A stretch of 63,365 bases of DNA, filler included, from Octopus bimaculoides (taxonomy: Eukaryota), in the NCBI RefSeq assembly GCF_001194135.2. It is 6 parts of 6 records of this genome, joined end to end, with 100 filler letters (N's around TTAATTAATTAA, not from the genome) between each part and the next. Parts side by side here need not be neighbours in the genome. Positions count along the whole stretch, not along the records: positions 50,200 to 63,365 come from NC_069006.1; 5 more parts are not named here. One strand, 5' to 3'. Positions 52,385 through 63,365 of this stretch are shown in pieces. The notes under the pieces are model-generated. The model was not told the origin of the DNA. It made no database searches and saw nothing but the letters and a program-made list of their open reading frames with translations. Made by a program: the position numbers and the translations under genes. How positions within the stretch are numbered: position 1 is the stretch's first letter; each line of letters opens with the position of its first letter.

Positions 52385-52787
52385 TTTTCTTGTTTCAGTC
52401 ATTGGATTGTGACCAAGCTGGAGCACAGCCCTGAAGAAATTTAGTCAAAGGAATCGATCCCAGTACTTATTTTTTGTAAATTCTGGTGCTTCTTCTATCA
52501 ATATCTTTTGCCAAACTGCTAAGTTACAGGGACATAAACATACCAACACCAGTTGTCAAGCAGTGGGAGGGAATATACACATACCTAAAGACACACACAC
52601 ATGCACACACACACACACACACACACATATACGATGGGCTTCTTTCAGTTTCCATCTACCAAATCCACTCACAAGGTTTGGTCAACCCAACGCTATAGTA
52701 GAAGACACTTGCCCAAGGTGCCACATAGTGGGACTGAACCTGGAACCATGTGGTTGGGAAGCCAGCTTCTTATCACACAGCCACACT
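52385..52787 (-). mobile_element. SINE family A in CYP intron 2
   Basis: Match to other copies. Confidence 0.88.
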
Positions 52788-53236
52788 TGTCAAGTTTTCT
52801 TTTTCATGCTGGTCTGTTTGATTTTGTATTTTCTTTTTTATTTTGTAGTATTTTTGTTTAGCTATCATTTCCACAGCTTTCATGGGGTTTGCCTTGTCTG
52901 TTTGCTCAGTTCAATGTTTTGCTTTACAAATTTCCCTGCCATAGGGTTCACTCATTTTGTGACTAACATCCCAGCAAGTGCAGGAGTCTGAGAAACTTAA
53001 TAATGGACTCTGATTTCTAGTTGAACTACTGGCATACATATAAGAAATACACCAACAATAACCACTTAAACTAAAATCTATATATTGACGTAGGATTGGG
53101 GATAGGAATTGGAGTGGAACTAAAACAGGAAATGAACAGGGAATGGGAGAGGACATGAAACAGTGTAATGGGGACAGGAAATGGAAATGACCCCCACTTT
53201 TCTGGGTATCACTGGGTAATTCAGCTATTATTCATA

Positions 53237-54073
53237 TACAAGGTGCATTCCAGAAGTTTTCAGATATTTTCAGGAGAGACGTTTATTAATTTCAAAATAG
53301 TACAAACCTCTAACTTCCTTCAAAGTATGATCTTCTGATTTCAATGTACTTGGAGTTGTGCTCCAGCCACTTCATGAAGGCCCCAAGGTGTCCAGAACAC
53401 GTCTCACAGTCTCCTTCATCTTCTCCTTCAGCTTGGAGAACAACCAAAAATCACAGGGAGCAATATGTGGATTGTAAGGAGGAGGAGGGACAGTTTTGAT
53501 AGCAGTCTCTCTCAAATAGTTGATTACCAGGATAGGATTGTGAACTGGTGCATTGTCCTGGTGCAGGCACCACCAACCAAAATGGAAGAGCTCTGACCCT
53601 TTGCAACAAGATACTTTCATGAACTCCCTCAAAGCCTCCATAACTTCCTCTTTGTTGGTCATCTGGCCAAAAAGACCCCAGTGAGTGAGGATGATGCCCT
53701 TGCTCTTGAAAAAAGCAATCACCAAGTACTTTCTGGTGGACTTGCTTTACACAGCCTTGCAGGGTCTGAGTGTGCCAAGATGCTTCCACTGGGCGCTCTA
53801 TCTCTTGGCCACTGGATCATAACAGTAGATCCAGCTTCAATCACAGGTCATCCTTCTCTATGTCACTAAGCAAATTTTGTGCATGTTCAGATCTTCATGA
53901 ATAATTCCGTGTACAGTTACCACACCAATTCCAAACTCTATGTTTATTGTCTTTACAGACATCTGATGGTCTTCCCTCAGAAAATTGTAAACTTTCTCAA
54001 CCAGCTCTGATGTTCTGACATCCCTCTCCCTCCTATATTCCTCATTGTCTCTCAGTGAAAAACAGAGACTTGG
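53237..54073 (-). mobile_element. Degenerate mariner transposon in CYP intron 2
   Basis: Minus ORFs contain LHQDNAPVH, PPYNPHIAPCDFWLFSKLK and HTH region EDHQMSVKTINIEFGIGVVTVHGIIHEDL. TIR-like TACAAGGTGCATTCCAGAAG at 53237. Confidence 0.9.
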
Positions 54074-54651
54074 NNNNNNNNNNNNNNNNNNNNNNNNNNN
54101 NNNNNNNNNNNNNNNNNNNNNNNNNNNNNNNNNNNNNNNNNNNNNNNNNNNNNNNNNNNNNNNNNNNNACTGCATAGCAAGCTCTCAGATGTCCTGATTG
54201 CATTCTGGTCAGCTGTGACAAGCAGTGTTTAGTAGGTTGTATTCAAAGTGCTGTACAGCCGTCTCCTTTAACATGGAATATAAAATAGTTGGCAGGTTAG
54301 CTTATTAGGTATATAGTAATGATATATTAAAATCAAAGTAATCCAGGCCAGATATAACTGCCTCCCTTGAAAAATATCTCAAACCTTCTGGAAACGTAAT
54401 CTTGTAAAGCATTCGAGATGTGAATGTAATTGTGATCGAATACAAGAGAATACAAGAAAACTCTATTTCTTAACCTCCCAGGGTCAATAAAATATAATAC
54501 CAATCCAGTATTTAATACTCATTTAGAATGTCATAAATATAAATTGGATTATAAAAGAAAAAGTGAAGCAAAATTCTCTTTAAAAAGAGAAAGACACATT
54601 GTACAGTGGAGTCCAAGATATACCGTGGCTGAAAAATAGTTGTCTATATTT

Positions 54652-55050
54652 ACTCTTTTTTGTTTTACTTCTTTCAGTCATTTGACTGTGGCCATGCTGG
54701 AGCACCGCCTTTAGTAGAGCAAATCAACCCCAGGACTTATTCTTTGTAAGCCTAGTACTTATTCTATCAGTCTTTTTGCCGAACCTCTAAGTTACAGGGA
54801 CGTAAGCACATCAGCATCAGTTGTCAAGCGATGCTAGGGGGACAAACACAGACACACATACATATACACACACACATGTATATATACATATATACGACAG
54901 GCTTCTTTCAGTTTCCGTCTACCAAATCCACTCACAAGGCTTTGGTCGGCCCGAGGCTATAGTAGAAGACACTTGCCCAAAGGTGCCACGCAGTGGGACT
55001 GAACCCCAAACCATGTGGTTCGTAAGCAAGCTACTTACCACACAGCCACT
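54652..55050 (-). mobile_element. SINE family A in CYP intron 2
   Basis: Match to other copies. Further partial copies at about 4150-4405, 10178-10395, 24095-24300, 58220-58400, 59265-59495 and 60865-61260. Confidence 0.9.
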
Positions 55051-55274
55051 CCTACGCCTATTTGATAGCGTATAAGACAAAACTTTTTGCTTTGCAAAAC
55101 AAATGACTTTAGAAAAATCAACTTANNNNNNNNNNNNNNNNNNNNNNNNNNNNNNNNNNNNNNNNNNNNNNNNNNNNNNNNNNNNNNNNNNNNNNNNNNN
55201 NNNNNNNNNNNNNNNNNNNNNNNNNNNNNNNNNNNNNNNNNNNNNNNNNNNNNNNNNNNNNNNNNNNNNNNNNN

Positions 55275-55338
<64 letters not shown>

Positions 55339-55817
55339 TCTGTATGTACATATCCATGTGTCCCCTACCACCACTTGACAACCAGTGCTGATGTGTTTAC
55401 ATCCTGGTAACTTAGCAGTTTGACAAAAGAAACCAATAGAATAATTACTAGGCTTAAAAAATAATTCCTAGGGTCGATTTTTTTTTTTTTCATTAAAACC
55501 ACTCAATGATGCCCTCCTGCTGGCTAGGCAAGTAGGTCAGCATACCTGCTGATTGGAAGACTACTCCATCACAGGGTGATTCACTAACAGTTGAGTGGAC
55601 TGGAACAACGGGAAATGAAGAGTTTTACGCAAGAACACAATGCACAGCCAGTCTGGGGATTGAAACCATGATCTAACGATTGTGAGTGCAACATGCCTAA
55701 CCATTAAGCCATATACCTTCACATATACTTAAAACACTCCGATGAATTTTATTATCATATTTCAGACAGAATCATTGATGTTATTAAAGTTGTTTTTTTA
55801 TACTTTAATATTTTCAG

Positions 55818-55870
55818 GGTTTTAATAATGTATTCAAATACTGGAGAGAAATCTATGGTGATGTATATGG
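55818..55870 (+). CDS. CYP3A-like exon 3 (53 nt)
   Basis: ttttcag acceptor, GTAAGA donor. GFNNVFKYWREIYGDVY(G). 53 nt, same as CYP3A exon 3; phase continues from the previous exon. Confidence 0.93.
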
Positions 55871-56034
55871 GTAAGAATGATTTCTTTGTGACTAAGGTAA
55901 TCGAGAAGGGTTTAGCAGAACAGATTCACACTGGCGGTGAGGACGGAGATGAGTTGTGAGATTCAGGGCACAGACATATGAAAATAGGCAGGTACAGCGT
56001 ACACACACTCACACAGGTGCACGTACATACACTC

Positions 56035-56100
<66 letters not shown>

Positions 56101-56139
56101 GACCCAATAATAACAAGTACAAGTCACTAGAGGGCAGGT

Positions 56140-56460
56140 GTGAGCCAGTCAGGTGCCATCACTGCTTCCAGGAGTCAGCTTACCAAGGTTCTCCAGTTAG
56201 CTCTGTGTTGTGCAACACGCATCCGATCAACCAGGCTCTTGTTTACAGTTCATTCTTTGATGTCTTTGATGGCTTCTTGCTTCCTTCCTCTCTTCACCAC
56301 CTGTCAGGATGGTCTCTTGGAATGACTCACGAGGCATGTTTGGTCCCAAATATGACAAGTCTATGAACTTGATTCTCAACAAGAAGTGTCTATATTTTCA
56401 GCTTTTCTATGACTGCAGCATTTATTACCCTGTATTTCCAGCTCATCCTGTCCAATCTGT
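56140..56460 (-). mobile_element. RTE-like LINE 3' fragment in CYP intron 3
   Basis: Decayed minus frames resemble the RTE C-terminus (RGRKQ..IKDIKE*T...AQHRANWRTLV). Confidence 0.45.
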
Positions 56461-56714
56461 TACAGATTCACATTTCAAAGGCTTCTGTATCTTAATCCAT
56501 AGCTTTGTAACATTGTCCAAGTTTCTGATCTGTAAAGTACCATGTAGTTTTTAATCCATCATGTTTTCAAAAATATAAGACAGTTACATATTTGAAAAAT
56601 CTTTGTTAGCAAAGAATTAACTAGAGATCAGCAAACAACAATAGTAATAATGATGTATATTTATCACAATCTTAGATTATTTCATTTCTGAAACAATATT
56701 TCTGTTTTTGGCAG

Positions 56715-56807
56715 TATTTACTTTGGAGTAGTTCCTAATTGTATTGTAAGTGATCCAGAATTTGTTCAAGAAGTTTTAGTGAAAAGATTTTCAAACTTTG
56801 TCAATCG
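56715..56807 (+). CDS. CYP3A-like exon 4 (3' end lost in N-gap)
   Basis: tttttggcag acceptor. (G)IYFGVVPNCIVSDPEFVQEVLVKRFSNFVN(R), matching the CYP3 '[20 protein letters not shown]' block. The donor lies in gap 56808-57053. Confidence 0.93.
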
Positions 56808-57504
56808 NNNNNNNNNNNNNNNNNNNNNNNNNNNNNNNNNNNNNNNNNNNNNNNNNNNNNNNNNNNNNNNNNNNNNNNNNNNNNNNNNNNNNNNNNNNNN
56901 NNNNNNNNNNNNNNNNNNNNNNNNNNNNNNNNNNNNNNNNNNNNNNNNNNNNNNNNNNNNNNNNNNNNNNNNNNNNNNNNNNNNNNNNNNNNNNNNNNNN
57001 NNNNNNNNNNNNNNNNNNNNNNNNNNNNNNNNNNNNNNNNNNNNNNNNNNNNNTGTGTTCTTCTCTGTCTTTTTAATTTAGAGTAAACTTTGACAGACCA
57101 ACCTACATGGTAGCAAGGTTGTGAAGGAAAGAATTTTGTTTTAACCATCATCCTTTAAATCTTAAGAAGATTTTGAAGATGTTCATAATTCCACATATCA
57201 TGATCATTTGTAGAGTATGAATTTAAAGATCTGCATTCTTTTCCCATGATTCAAAATTCAGCAATTCTTAGTTTCACACAGTTGGTATGTATCTTGTTGT
57301 TCCAATGATAATAGGTAAGAAACTGAATAAGGTTTGATCAAGGATGATGAACAAAACACCCATGTTTCCAGAGGTGAATTATTAAAACCCCAAAGAATTT
57401 CCCATGGCCATGATGCTCCCCCACTTCTGCTCATGAACCGAGGTGCACTTATCGTCAGCCACTAAGAGACATGCCTAACTGGTTAAGGTCTACTATTATT
57501 ATTA

Positions 57505-57955
57505 AGGTGGCATGCTAGCAGAATCTTTAGCACACCAGATGAAATGATTAACAGTATTTACTCTATCGCTGTCTTCCGAGTTCAAATCCCGCTGAAGTCA
57601 ACTTTGCCTTTCATCCTTTTGGGGTCAATAAATTAAGTACCAGTGAAACATTAGGGTCAATGTAATCGACTAATTCCCTTCCCAAAAATGGCTGCCCTTG
57701 TGGCAAAATTTGAAACCATTATTATTATTATTATTATTATTATCATCATCATTATTAAGGTTGTGAGCTGGCAGAGTTGTTAGCATTTTGTCTGTTTTCA
57801 GGTTCTGAGTTCAAATTCCACCGAAGTCGACTTTGCCTTTCATCTTTCCAGGGTCAATAAATTAAGTACCAGTGAAATACTGGGGGAGGGGCGATTTAAT
57901 CGAATAGCCCCCTCCCCCAAAAATTTCCGGCTTTGTGCCTCTAGTAGAAATGATT
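57505..57955 (+). mobile_element. Two tandem SINE family B copies in CYP intron 4
   Basis: Copies at about 57505-57720 and 57757-57955, each followed by (ATT)n. Confidence 0.88.
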
Positions 57956-57962
57956 ATTATTA

Positions 57963-58027
<65 letters not shown>

Positions 58028-58046
58028 TCTTTATGCTTTTTTTTAG

Positions 58047-58160
58047 ATATTTGAAGGAGATGAAATCAGTAATGTTGAACTTCCATCAGCCAAAGATGAG
58101 CACTGGAAATATCTGCGCACTGTGCTGACCCCTTCATTTACTTCCCATCAAATGAGAGCA
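58047..58160 (+). CDS. CYP3A-like exon 5 (114 nt)
   Basis: ttttag acceptor, GTAAGT donor. IFEGDEISNVELPSAKDEHWKYLRTVLTPSFTSHQMRA contains the helix-C WxxxR motif and the LTPSFT block. Confidence 0.95.
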
Positions 58161-58623
58161 GTAAGTATGTAATTCTGGATGTTTCTGAATCATCAATTTC
58201 AGAATTTATGAGAGAGGTGCAGGCATGGCTGTGTGGTTACGAAGCTTGCTTTGCAATCACATGGCTTTGTAAGTGCATGGTTTCAGGATCAGTCCTATTG
58301 CACGGCACCTGGCACAAGTATTTTCTACCATAGCCCCCCACCCCAGGCTTATTAATTCCTGATAAGTAGATTTGATCTACAGAAACAGAAAGACTTCCAT
58401 ATGCACACACACATGCACACAAACGCGCGCGCAGACACACACACACACACACACACACACTGAAAAGTGTGCTGAAAAGTTTCTGGCTTTGGGTAAAAGA
58501 AAATACAATGCATGTACACTATAGCAATATGTGATACAATGATATCAAGTCAACACATCAGGTGTTATCATAAAGATAGTATGATCACACTAGTATGTCT
58601 GTAACAGGATTTTCACACACACA

Positions 58624-58719
<96 letters not shown>

Positions 58720-58857
58720 CATTTGTGTGGGCGTTGGGTGCATGGATGGATAGATAATTTGATTGAGAGATAGACATATAGGTTAGTAGGTAAATAGACA
58801 GGCAGCTAGCTAGCTACATAGATGGATGGATAGATGGATGGACATACAGACTGACAA

Positions 58858-58912
<55 letters not shown>

Positions 58913-59132
58913 CACAGACAGACATATTTTACATGAGAACCTTCGATGTCTCTGTAACCACTTAATCTTTAGCGGTGGGAAGATTATATCCAAATACATA
59001 AGTAACTTAGAATAAAGAAACCGCATGACATTGGGTCAGAGGTCAGAGTTTATTGATTGATTGATTCCAAAATTATAACCAGAATATCTTGAATAGCCTG
59101 TTTCTTGAACTACCATTCCATGTCTGTTGCAG

Positions 59133-59221
59133 ATGAACGCAATGATTCAGACATGTGCTGATAATTTGGTGGAAAATATTGATACGTTGGCAGAGAATGG
59201 AGAAGTGACCGAAGTTAAAAA
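59133..59221 (+). CDS. CYP3A-like exon 6 (89 nt)
   Basis: gttgcag acceptor, GTATGT donor. MNAMIQTCADNLVENIDTLAENGEVTEVK(K). Phase 0 to 2. Confidence 0.93.
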
Positions 59222-59990
59222 GTATGTAAAACTATTAAAGGATTCTTTGTTAATCATTTATCTTTTATCTTTAACTTGTTCTAGTCATTGGAGTGCGGCC
59301 ATGGTGGGGCATCTCCTTGGAGGGTTTTAGCAGAACAAACGGACCTCGGTACTTATATTTTTTGAAGTCTGGTACTTATTTTATCGGGATCTTTTGCCGA
59401 ACTGCTAAGTTATAGTGAGAGCAAGAAACCAGTATCACTTGTCAAGCAGTGTACTGGGAGACACACACAAATACACACACACACACACACACACANNNNN
59501 NNNNNNNNNNNNNNNNNNNNNNNNNNNNNNNNNNNNNNNNNNNNNNNNNNNNNNNNNNNNNNNNNNNNNNNNNNNNNNNNNNNNNNNNNNNNNNNNNNNN
59601 NNNNNNNNNNNNNNNNNNNNNNNNNNNNNNNNNNNNNNNNNNNNNNNNNNNNNNNNNNNNNNNNNNNNNNNNNNNNNNNNNNNNNNNNNNNNNNNNNNNN
59701 NNNNNNNNNNNNNNNNNNNNNNNNNNNNNNNNNNNNNNNNNNNNNNNNNNNNNNNNNNNNNNNNNNNNNNNNNNNNNNNNNNNNNNNNNNNNNNNNNNNN
59801 NNNNNNNNNNNNNNNNNNNNNNNNNNNNNNNNNNNNNNNNNNNNNNNNNNNNNNNNNNNNNNNNNNNNNNNNNNNNNNNNNNNNNNNNNNNNNNNNNNNN
59901 NNNNNNNNNNNNNNNNNNNNNNNNNNNNNNNNNNNNNNNNNNNNNNNNNNNNNNNNNNNNNNNNNNNNNNNNNNNNNNNNNNNNNNNNNN

Positions 59991-60023
<33 letters not shown>

Positions 60024-61361
60024 TCAACATCATCATCATCATTGTTTAACATATGTTTTCCATGCTGGCATAGGTTGGTTCGACTGGGGGTCTGGGAAGC
60101 CAGAAGGCTGCGCCAGGCTCTAATCTGATATGGCAGTGTTTCTTCAGCTGGATGCCCTTCCTAACGCCAACCACTCTGAGAGTGTAGTGAGTTCTTTTTA
60201 TATGCCACCATCATGGGGAGCCTGACAGGCAGTGCTGACATCAGCCACAACTACAATTTCCATTTGATCGTGGTGTTATTCAATTTTGATGTTGACGTTG
60301 ATGTACTTGACTCAATAGGTTTCCTTAAGCATGGCATGTCGCCCTATGATCCAAAGGTACTTTTTTGAGTGGGTTGGTTATGTCACACTGGCGTAGGCTA
60401 CAGCTGTGATCTCACATTATTTGCTTCGTCTTCTCAGTCACAGCATATCTCCAGAGTATATATTCATAGGAGCACACTGTTGGTTACGACAAGGATCCTA
60501 GCTGATACAGTCAATGGAACAGCTTGCTTGTGAAATTAACATGCAGGTGGCTGAGTACTCCACAGACATAGTTCTCAGGGAGATTGAACGTGACACTGAC
60601 CGTGACAAGGCTGGCCCTTTGAAATACAGGTACTACTCATTTTTGTCAGCTGAGTGGACTGGAGCAACGTGATTTGGTCCAGGACACAACGCACTACCGG
60701 GAATTTAACTCACAACCTTACGATCGTGAGCCAAACACCCTAACCACTAAGCCTGCACTTAAATACATATATATTCATAAATACATATCGACATACATCC
60801 ATCCACCCATCCACATACACACACATACACACTTATATATGATAAACATATAGATATATATATGGCTTTGTGTGTGGTTAGAAGGTTGCTTCCTAGCAAT
60901 ATGGTTCTGGGTTCAGTCCCACTGTGAGTTATCTTAACCAAAGTCTTATGAATGGATTTGGTAGATGGAAACTGAAAGAAACACATCGTGTATAATTACA
61001 TATGAATATATATAATTACATATATACACACACACACAAACACATATACATGCACACACGTACGCGTACACACACACACACACATATCTGTGTGTTTTCA
61101 TGTCTGTATTTGTTCCCCTCAGAGAGACCGATAGAATAAGTACAAGGCTTGAAAACAAGGAATAAGCTCTTGAGTCAATTCATTCACCTAAAAATTCTTC
61201 AACACAGTGCCCCAGCATGGCCTCAGTCTAATGACCGAAACAAATAAAAGATGAAAAAGACATAATAAATTAATTAACTAATTTTTAGATCATGAAAGAA
61301 GTATTTTAACGGAAAGAAAAATTAACGTGTATTTACGTGCTTTTTTCTTTATTTATTCTAG

Positions 61362-61510
61362 GTTGTTCTCAGCTTACACCATTGATGCCATATCAGCAAC
61401 TGGATTCGGAATAAGGGTAAACTCACAGAAAGACCCTGATGATCCACTGGTTACAAAGGCCAAAGACATATTCAAATTTACTTTCTTTCAGCCTCTTATC
61501 TTTTTAACAG
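61362..61510 (+). CDS. CYP3A-like exon 7 (149 nt)
   Basis: tattctag acceptor, GTGAGT donor. LFSAYTIDAISATGFGIRVNSQKDPDDPLVTKAKDIFKFTFFQPLIFLT matches the '[27 protein letters not shown]' block. Confidence 0.95.
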
Positions 61511-61990
61511 GTGAGTACTGACATACATTTTAAAGAATATTCCATGAAAATTGTACTGTTTAGAAAGGGGATTCTCAAACATCGGGTCGTATATCATTTG
61601 GTTGACTTCAACATTGGGATGCTGGCAAAACACTGCTCCACTAAATAGAAAACTCGGCCATTCATTGTGGTTTTGTGGCAGAAAGCAAAGCAGGCCCTGC
61701 CGTCCACTCAAGAAAATACTTAGTAAATGGTCTACAAGCACTCAAGCAAACNNNNNNNNNNNNNNNNNNNNNNNNNNNNNNNNNNNNNNNNNNNNNNNNN
61801 NNNNNNNNNNNNNNNNNNNNNNNNNNNNNNNNNNNNNNNNNNNNNNNNNNNNNNNNNNNNNNNNNNNNNNNNNNNNNNNNNNNNNNNNNNNNNNNNNNNN
61901 NNNNNNNNNNNNNNNNNNNNNNNNNNNNNNNNNNNNNNNNNNNNNNNNNNNNNNNNNNNNNNNNNNNNNNNNNNNNNNNNNNNNNNNNNN

Positions 61991-62975
61991 TATATATGCA
62001 CCTCCACACTTTAACCTCAAGGATCACAAGAAGGACTTTATTACCAAACCTTCAATACGTCTAATATGCCCCACCAAATCTGACCTAAGAAGGGTAAGCA
62101 AAAACATTTTAGACAAAATAATACCAATCATCAAGGGCAAATTAAATGTTAACCTATGGTGCCACACTGGTGAAGTTATTATGTGGTTCCATCTTATAAA
62201 AATCAAAAACTCATATTCCTTCCTACAATTCGACATAAATAATTACTACTCTTCTATTTCTCCTAAATTTCTAAATCCAGCTCTTCTTCTAGCTAAGAAT
62301 CTTACTAAGCTAACCCCACTAGAAATTAACATAATACTTAATGCCTGCAAAACCCTTATTTCTTTTGGTGCTGGGTCAATCACCATAACAATAACCATAG
62401 CGACCTATTCAACATAACCATGGGGTCATCTGATTCAGCTCAGGTCACTGACTTGGTTGGACTATATATACTCTACCAGCTCCATATACATTTCCATAAC
62501 ATCAAGGGAGGCCTATACAGGAATGATGCCTTGCTAGTTACCAAAAGCATAAATAAATCCTCCTTAGAAAGAACTAGAAACGATCTACATAAATTCTTCT
62601 CTAACCTAAACCTGTCTATCGCATTCGAAAACGCTCACAAAACTGCTAACTTTCTTGACGTAACTCTAAATTTATCAACCTCCTGATACTCTCCTTACCA
62701 CAAACCTAACCAATATCTTAAATACCTTAACATCCACTCCAATAACCACAAATCCACTTTCGATAACATAATCAAGGGCATCTCAACCCACATATCTGAC
62801 TTCTCATCCACTGAGGAAATTTTCAATAATCACGCACCATATTACAATCAAGCACTCGCCACTAGCGGCTTTTCCCAACAAATAGAATACATCCATAACA
62901 CCAGGCTCAAACAATATTTATCTCAAATCACATCTCAAACACGCACCAACCATCACAATCGCAACCAACCACACA
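61991..62975 (+). mobile_element. Penelope-like RT fragment (possibly Naiad group) in CYP intron 7
   Basis: LKDHKKDF..PSIRLICPTKSD, FLQFDINNYYSSI, MGSSDSAQVTDLVG, GLYRNDAL (catalytic D to N), NFLDVTLNL, YSPYHKPN, APYYNQAL..SGF. One frameshift and one stop. Confidence 0.9.
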
Positions 62976-63235
62976 CACTTGTTGAGGCTTGATAGCATTA
63001 TCCAATATGCCTGACCTTCATCATACATAAGACAGCATGAGATGTCAGAACAACATTCTCTATTTCTAGCAGTTTGAGTGAAACAACATGGAGCCTTTGG
63101 GTGAATAAATAGAAAAATTTAATTTCGTTTTTCTTTCTCTTTTTATTTGATTTCTTCCCTTATATTTCTTCCTTTATATTTCTGCCCTAATATTTAGAAA
63201 AAAAAATCACAATTATATCAAATGTTCTATTCCAG

Positions 63236-63365
63236 TGGTTTTGCCGTCTTCTGTAAAATTGATAGTAAAGTTTGGATTAACAAGATTCATTATTGGGAAT
63301 CAAATGTTCTTCAGGACGTTTTGCAAGAAACTAATAGAAGAACGAAAGAAAATTCAAGTGGATAA
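63236..63365 (+). CDS. CYP3A-like exon 8 (3' boundary uncertain, may run past window end)
   Basis: ctattccag acceptor in the required phase. (V)VLPSSVKLIVKFGLTRFIIGNQMFFRTFCKKLIEERKKIQVD resembles the F-G/G-helix region. Confidence 0.85.

Noticed and set aside
731-60128. Long ORFs in the track (up to 407 aa)
   Set aside because: They consist of X from N-gaps and/or dinucleotide and trinucleotide SSR translations (YIYI, HTHT, poly-I/M/S).
62684-62686. In-frame TGA in the PLE RT as selenocysteine recoding
   Set aside because: The same copy has a frameshift and a mutated catalytic aspartate, so ordinary decay is simpler.

Overview
Eukaryotic, AT-rich, microsatellite- and SINE-dense draft-assembly DNA with many N-gaps. 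The repeat families look like those of octopod (coleoid cephalopod) genomes; this is inference from recognition, not a database hit. The only securely identifiable protein-coding gene is a plus-strand clan-3 cytochrome P450 (CYP3A-like). Seven of its exons (equivalent to human CYP3A exons 2-8) lie at 52.3-63.4 kb with near-identical exon lengths and phases; exon 1 was not found and the gene runs off the window. Most of the rest is decayed mobile DNA: tRNA-derived SINE families, mariner/Tc1 remnants, piggyBac-type MITEs, RTE, Dong/R4-like, CR1-like and Tx1-like LINE fragments, a Ty3/gypsy piece and several Penelope-like elements. The most interesting signal is a set of type I hammerhead ribozyme motifs from different repeat families. 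One has an intact core on the CYP sense strand about 1.9 kb upstream of exon 2 (50240-50334), one is near-intact (18398-18444, minus), one has a G12A change (33722-33767, minus), and one is a remnant after a Penelope GIY-YIG ORF. Other highlights are an RTE 3' end with three tandem C2H2 fingers, a possible spliced minus-strand transcript at 41-43 kb, and candidate TALE/Hox, HNF4/GATA and nuclear-receptor DR1 regulatory motifs. Nearly all ORFs in the supplied track are microsatellite or N-run artefacts.
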